DNA from: Chrysemys picta bellii | Lineage: Eukaryota | DNA length: 64,000 bases | Assembly (NCBI RefSeq): GCF_011386835.1 | Contig: NC_088796.1 | Coordinates: forward strand, 60,698,001 to 60,762,000 | Direction of reading: 5' to 3' | Shown: positions 58,301 to 64,000 of the stretch, one piece after another | Numbering within the stretch: position 1 is the stretch's first letter | Layout: each line of letters opens with the position of its first letter | Position numbers and translations under genes: made by a program | The notes under the pieces: model-generated | What the model saw: only the letters and a program-made list of their open reading frames with translations | What the model was told of the DNA's origin: nothing | Database searches by the model: none

Positions 58301-61300
58301 TTTTCTGACCTGCCAGGATACTGGAACAATAGAAAAACATGCAGCCATCAGGGAAAGGAACTCACTCCTGGGATTCTCAGGCTGGCAGTCAAAGGCTCAT
58401 CTTCTCTTTCCCACCCATCTTGTCAAGTGCCTGCTCCCTGTTCTCCCTTATTGCCCCTGCAAAAATAAGCCCTTTCTCCTCCGGTGAGAGGGAGAAAGCA
58501 GTAAGGACTGATGGGGCTCCCAGGATAACCTCTGGTAGAACACTGCTGCCAGGTCACAGCTCTACACATCATCATGACCGCAACTTCCCCACCTACTCCC
58601 TGACTTCAGCCAGGAAATGAATACAGAAACAGAGGCTATAAAGAAAAAAATATGACTAAAAAATACAGTTATTGATAGCAAGCCAGTAGAGTGGAGTGGG
58701 GTTTTTTTAATTTTATTTTAAACCCAAATTTAAACTATTTATTTTTTTCAAAGTGTGCTTACAGGGTATAGCCACTATTTTAGTGTTAGCCAGTTTTAGG
58801 TGCTTTCTGTCTTACCTTTAACTGATTTTCTACATCATCCATGTCCCTTTTCTCCATGAGCTTGTACATAGGAATCAGCTCATTCATACCTTGGAATACA
58901 GGCATAATTTGGGATTCATGTTTCAAATACAAAGATAAATCAAGAGCTTTAGAAATTGATAGTTTTCCAATACTGAGAGAGAAAAAGAGGGAGAGGGAGA
59001 GAGAGAGAAAACATTATAAATAAAATTAAATGAGCTAGTTTCTACTTAATTCCTTTAGAATCCTGAAGTTATCATCACACAAATGGAAAAACCTAGAAAC
59101 AAACTCCTGAAAGACAAATGTGGCCAACAAACCACATAAGACATGAAACCTTCTGGTATCTGATACAGCAGAAGGTGAAGATTAACGTGAATTAATGGGT
59201 TATAAAGTAAGAGATTAAAATCAGTCCCAGATCTAGCTGGAAACCTGGGAGAGTTGACAGGTGTTTGTGGTTTGTGTTTGTTTGACTGTTTTGCAGTGGT
59301 GATGGTGGTAGTATGATTGCAGTCCCCTGGAGGACAGTACTGCATGAACTAGATGGGAGGAGCATTTTCCACCACACACCCACTTTCCTCAGCAGCAATG
59401 AGAAAAGGGGATATGGCTTATCCAATTCCACCTTCTCCCTCCCTGTATTCAAGCATGCGTGTGTGGGGGGGGGAAGCTGTTTAGCTGTGCTACAGAACAG
59501 GATGTGAGGCTGGAAGTGCTAGTGATCTTTAGTGTTGCAGAAGGAGTGCATTCCCAGTGAAAACTTCCCTTTCATAAGCTTCAGTAAGGGACAAGTTTAG
59601 TAGGCCCCAAGTCTGGGTGTTGCCTACATGTATCCGAAACAAGGGCAGGACTATAAAAGCATCCTCGTGGGCTCAAAAGTGGGACTATGGTGAGCTCATA
59701 GGTATGGGCTGGAGACATATTCTCTGCCTGGAAAGGCTTGCAGCCTCTTTAGAAAATGGTGTAACTGTGAAAAGTGTTAAAAGAAGATACATGTTCATGT
59801 ATTTATGTACTGTTGTATATTAATGCACGGTTAGCACCAGCAGAAAGCCCCTTGCATGGGTACAATTCTGTACAATTCTGACCACTTGTTCTGCTGCCTG
59901 GAACAGCTCTTTCAGGTCACTAAGTGTGTGGCATATTTGTGTTCTCATACTTTGTACAGTTTGTTGAGGTTACTGTCAGGTGTGAATTGAGGTAAAGTAG
60001 CATGTCATTAAAGGAAGCTTGGTTATCACATTTTGGAGAAATATTTGGAGTTTGCAAAAGAGGGTAAAGACTCAGCCTACAAAAGCTCTTGAAATCCTGG
60101 CTCGGCCATGCCAAACACTTGACCTGCAACAGGAAATCGTTCAGTATCTAAGGTAGCGGTCGCACACAGACCCCTCCAGAGTGCAAATTGAGCTGAAGCG
60201 ATGGGGTTGTGAAAAGTGAACCACTGCCCGTAAGGGACTGATTTAAGACACCAAATCTTAGGGTTAATTGAAAACCTTATTCTAATCCTAATTTTCAAAA
60301 GGCAGCAGATCAGTGCTGCTGGAATCAATTGACTTACACAGTATCACAGACAGTGTTTTGATTATAATGGTTATGTTCTCAAGGTCAGTGTATATTCTCA
60401 GTTACATGACACGCCTGAAGTCAATGGAGACATTCCAGATTTGCATTGCTGTAAACAAGATCAGAATCTGACCCCATCTCTGTTTAAAGGATTTAATTAC
60501 AACAAATTATACAAGAGTAAATGTTTTCTGCTTTAGTGACACACAATATGAATTGTATCATTTGCCTTTTTAAGACTCATACAGTGTGCCTTACCTCACA
60601 AGCTGGAATACATTGTTAATGAGACTCGCTCTATCATTGCTGCTAATTGCTGTATGGTTTTCTTTTAAAAGGCTAATCAGAGCATCCCATCCATCATCTT
60701 CATAGTGCACAATGTAATAACCATTCATTCCCACATTGAATTTTATCCATTCTACCTCTTCTGGGAGGATGAGGACATCTGAAAACAAAATAAATTATAA
60801 CTCCATTCTCTCTTTATTGATTCAAACACTATTTGATAAGACGACCATGTAATGGATGAAGAGCTCAGCACTTGCACAGTCCATTTCATACATTAAATTT
60901 GGACAAAAAATAATCCTGGTACAATAGCTAATGCTGGTCTTGGTCTCTTTTTCAGTAAAAGGAAGAGATGCTATAGTTTCTGAATACATTAAGAGATATA
61001 GCTCAGTAATACTGTTATCGGAATCTATCAACATTTTCACCACAAAACCCAATTTTTCCAGCTGGTTATATATAATTCAGCTGTTTTATATCTCATCTGC
61101 CAAAAGCTGGCATTCGCTTGTCCTCGTGAACCATTCTTTTTTAAAAGCATTATTGAAATTAGATCTGTGATAACAAAAATAAAAGGTAGAACTGCCAGTT
61201 TCATCCTCCCTCCCTCCCACACAAAATAGCTGTAGAGCTAAAATGGCTAAACTTTGCAAGCACTGTAACTAATCCTTCAAATGGACTAATCACTTTAAAG

Positions 61301-62687
61301 GACATTACCTGTTTTAGTTGTCAGCAAAAATCTTTGCACAGTGTCAGATTTACTAGTAATGTACGTTAATGGAACATGCCACAAGTACCTATTGCAAAGT
61401 AAAAATGGTTATTTTAGTGACAGAATATTTAATTGCAATAGCTACTCTAGAGAAGGTTGGACCTATGTTTGGGTACTGAGCTACATTGCTATGTTGGGAA
61501 CAAAGATTCGGAAGTGACTGACTCTGGAACACTTCTTGGGAGTATGTGGAGGTGAGATTCATGGTGTAGAGAAACTTACGCAGACTTCATTACTCTCACG
61601 GCTGAGACAAAATGTGGCCATCCTCTTGCTACAGTATCCTACCCCAATCTCAACTTAGAAGAAGATTACCCTAGAAAGCTCAGATATAAGACACTTTTAT
61701 TTCTATGGACTTATTATAATGGACCTCAGTTAGAGCTTCTTAAAACTATACCAGTTTTCAAATAAGCAATACCAAAATGTAACTTTTGTTCCTTTAAGAA
61801 CAACAACAGCAGTTACTACTATGCAGAATAGATTGTCACCAGTGGATTTTCCAGTTTGCCTAGACTATGACGGAGAGCATCACTTGCTCATTTTCTATTA
61901 CCCTGTTGATGGAGAAGAATCTGATCCCTTCATATAGTGCTCTTGATGCAGATGGACATTCTTTCCTTTTACTGTGACAGTTACTAGTGGAAAACCCTTT
62001 TGTAATGTCCAAGTGTTCATCATTGTCGTCACATCAAGAATCTCTCTCCTGGTCCAGTGCTGATTTATATGAGGCAAAAACAAAATACATACGAACAGAG
62101 TGAGGATGGAATATACTGGCAAGGAAGCAGAGATGAGTGAGTGGCAACTTCATAAGAGCTACCAACTGCTGATGATCGAAAAAACAAGTTTACAGGAATT
62201 ACATACTGAAGTTTGGATTGGGGCCTGGGATATCTTTCACCTTATGGTGGACAGAATAACCTTTAGATGCTTATATGGCTGTCACTGCTATTAATCATAA
62301 GTGCACCAATCAGCATTGGGCTCTTTAGGGGATAGATTTTTGTTCCATCTCAGGTTTTTGTTCAAGTATATATTCAACAGGTAAAACCCAAGGAAAATTT
62401 TTAACAGTAATATAAAGTCCAGGCTTCCAGCAGTATCCAATAAACTTATATTCTCACAAGAAGGGTTCTGAGCACAATAGGCTCATGCTCCCAGGAAGGG
62501 AATATACTAATTTTAAACATGATGAAAACTGAAGAATTAAATGTTAGTGTACAGTAACACAGCAGACTTATAACTAGCAATAAGTAGGAAAATAGAAGCT
62601 TACTGCACTTGAAGATGTTTGTTGGTTTCTGGTGCAAAAGCCATCACCTTGTAGTTGGCTTTCCTGGGTGTCACCCACAGGACAAGT
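52210..62687 (-). CDS. ERAP1: Endoplasmic reticulum aminopeptidase 1, 3' part (10 exons, 458 aa + stop; catalytic exons lie beyond the window end)
   Basis: Spliced frame gives [69 protein letters not shown]. Exon sizes 80/184/157/185/162/141/82 match the M1 aminopeptidase ERAP1 layout. Adjacent to CAST and has the exon-10 Cys loop. Confidence 0.95.
53031..53363. mobile_element. Palindromic CpG-rich hAT MITE
   Basis: TIR caggggtcggcaacgtttggca / tgccaaacgttgccaaccctg; perfect TSD TCCTACAG. Confidence 0.92.
53550..53670 (+). mobile_element. MIR/CORE-SINE fragment
   Basis: gggcctcaggttttcacctgaaaagtgg...cctcacagg..tgttgtgaagat core. Confidence 0.55.
54142..54223 (-). CDS. ERAP1: ERAP1 exon-18 equivalent
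   Basis: 82 nt; FELGSPSIAHMVIGVTNQYSTREQLAE. Confidence 0.95.
54349..54489 (-). CDS. ERAP1: ERAP1 exon-17 equivalent
   Basis: 141 nt; GDVVKTQDLPHII...LAWKFLKENWNKLVQK. Confidence 0.96.
55406..55567 (-). CDS. ERAP1: ERAP1 exon-16 equivalent
   Basis: 162 nt; LPNDVKTAVYAVGAQTIEGWDFL. Confidence 0.96.
56583..56767 (-). CDS. ERAP1: ERAP1 exon-15 equivalent
   Basis: 185 nt; [35 protein letters not shown]. Confidence 0.96.
57217..57388 (+). mobile_element. Tortoise-type tRNA-derived Pol III SINE with CR1-derived tail
   Basis: A box TAGTTCAGTGG, B box GTTCAATCC (57269), 3' gatgacctcctgaggtcccttcca...attctatgat. Confidence 0.85.
57975..58115 (+). mobile_element. MIR/CORE-SINE
   Basis: tgtgcctcagttccccatctgtaaaatgg...tgttgtgaggat core. 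Confidence 0.7.
58816..58972 (-). CDS. ERAP1: ERAP1 exon-14 equivalent
   Basis: 157 nt; IGKLSISKALDLSLYLKHESQIMPVFQGMNELIPMYKLMEKRD. Confidence 0.96.
60595..60778 (-). CDS. ERAP1: ERAP1 exon-13 equivalent
   Basis: 184 nt; [31 protein letters not shown]. Confidence 0.96.
61309..61388 (-). CDS. ERAP1: ERAP1 exon-12 equivalent
   Basis: 80 nt; YLWHVPLTYITSKSDTVQRFLLTTKT. Confidence 0.95.
61902..62059 (-). CDS. ERAP1: ERAP1 exon-11 equivalent
   Basis: 158 nt; [30 protein letters not shown]. Confidence 0.95.
62604..62687 (-). CDS. ERAP1: ERAP1 exon-10 equivalent (TCPVGDTQESQLQGDGFCTRNQQTSSSA)
   Basis: ttcag/gtaagc on - strand, 84 nt, CP...DGFC pattern. Confidence 0.9.
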
Positions 62688-62823
62688 CTGAAAAAATTAA
62701 ATATTATTTCCCTTTAATTTTACAATTATGAATAATGAATGCAGCTTAAAGTGATTAATCTGTTCAGTAATATATTAGGTTGGATGGTGGTTATTCACAG
62801 GGAGATACTTTGGTACAACCCCC

Positions 62824-63294
62824 TGTGACGTTGCACTCCATATCCTTTATGGAAATATGCTTATGAGTGTAAATATAATGTAACTGGAATACGGTTTATG
62901 CAAAAAGTCTCTTGTAAGATATCATTACAAAGCTTATAATCTACTGAGTGTGTTCATCCTATTTGTATGAATGTATCATTCTTGTATCTGATGCTAGAAA
63001 TATGAAGTATTACTCTGAGGTCCTATTGTAACTATGCAAAGTGTGGGCCATTAATGGTGGCTTGGAATCTTGATGGTTCCCATTAACTAGGACAATTGGT
63101 TGTAAATGGCTCTGTTTACTTGTAAGCCTTCCTGTATACGTGGGTGCCAGCCAATGGGTAATGAAGTCTCACAGGACATGTGATCATGTCACCAGGTACT
63201 GGAATCCATCTTAAACCTGGTGCTTTGCCATTTAGAAGGAGGGGGGGGATCCAGAGAGACAAAAGATTCCCGCCTTATGCCAAAGCTATAAAAG
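62824..63294 (+). mobile_element. LTR-like element, interrupted
   Basis: Begins TGTGA; has a tataaaag motif just before the hAT insertion. Confidence 0.55.
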
Positions 63295-63845
63295 TAGGGT
63301 TACCATTCGTCCGGATTTACCTGGACATGTCCTCCTTTTTGTGTTAAAAATAGCGTCCAGGGGGAATTTGTAAATCACTCAAAATGTCTGGGATTTCCCC
63401 CCTCCCCCGGCAGAGCAGAGCGAGCGGCTGGGAGGGCTGCAGGAAAGTCCCGGGCTGGACTCCGGAGCAGCTGTAGAGGAGCTCTGCCCTGCATTCTGAG
63501 CCGGCAGCTCTCCCCTGCAGCCCGGCTCCGGCAGCACTGTGCAGGGCCAGGGACCGGGTTTTGTTGTGCTGGGGAGCGCAGCCACGTGTCCGGCTCGCAC
63601 AGAGCCCAACACCCTGTTCTGAGCAGCAGGGTAAGGGGGCCAGGGGGCAGGAGAAGGGGCAGGGAGGTTCTGGAGGGGACAGTCAAGAAACGGGGGGGGG
63701 GGGTCGGGAGTTCAGGGGGGGGCTTTTTGGGGGGAGTGGAGAAAGTTTTGGGCAGTCAGGGTACAGGTAGGGGGCAGGGTCCTGGGGGGCAGTTGGGGGG
63801 GGTCTTAGGAGGGGGCAGTTAGGGGACAAGGAACAGGGAGTCTTA
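63295..63845. mobile_element. hAT (Blackjack-like) element, right end not in window or interrupted
   Basis: tagggttaccattcgtccgg left TIR as at 26601; G-rich interior. Confidence 0.7.
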
Positions 63846-64000
63846 ATGGCTTAACAGGCTCTCTTAATGGCTCTCCATGCGTCTCTGGACCCTCTCAGCT
63901 GTCGGGCTTGGACGGAAACATTGCCTGAGGGTAGTGAGAGAATGGGTTATCGGTGAGGTGGGGGTGGGCATGAGCCCGGTCAATAGGGGCAACCCCTACC

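Overview
Vertebrate genomic DNA, almost certainly turtle (Testudines), judged from the tortoise-type Pol III SINE and the repeat families present. It holds two convergent protein-coding genes. On the + strand is most of calpastatin (CAST): 26 coding exons from 719 to the TAA at 43150 (724 codons, L domain plus inhibitory domains 1-4, every junction phase 0) and a final 3'UTR exon from 46338. The 5' exons lie upstream of the window. On the - strand is the 3' half of ERAP1: 10 exons equivalent to human exons 10-19, 62687 down to the TGA at 52210 (458 aa). Introns are dense with transposons: a structurally complete but decayed 6.2-kb DIRS tyrosine-recombinase retrotransposon (ITRs, ICR, gag, RT-RNaseH, Dam-like methyltransferase domain, YR), an internally deleted second DIRS, a YR remnant, two RTE-clade LINEs (one interrupted by a Tigger), CR1, L2 and MIR fragments, Penelope-like pseudo-LTRs carrying minimal hammerhead ribozyme motifs, hAT and Harbinger-like MITEs, and LTR-like pieces. 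The most notable non-routine observations are a hammerhead motif in sense within a CAST intron, an old duplication of an apparent ERAP1 poly(A) cassette between the genes, the all-phase-0 stop-free CAST exon series (any internal circRNA would be an endless ORF), and turtle substitutions at ERAP1 cavity residues. Exon boundaries were read by eye from GT-AG sites and frame. Family names and human residue numbers are from recalled knowledge, not database searches.
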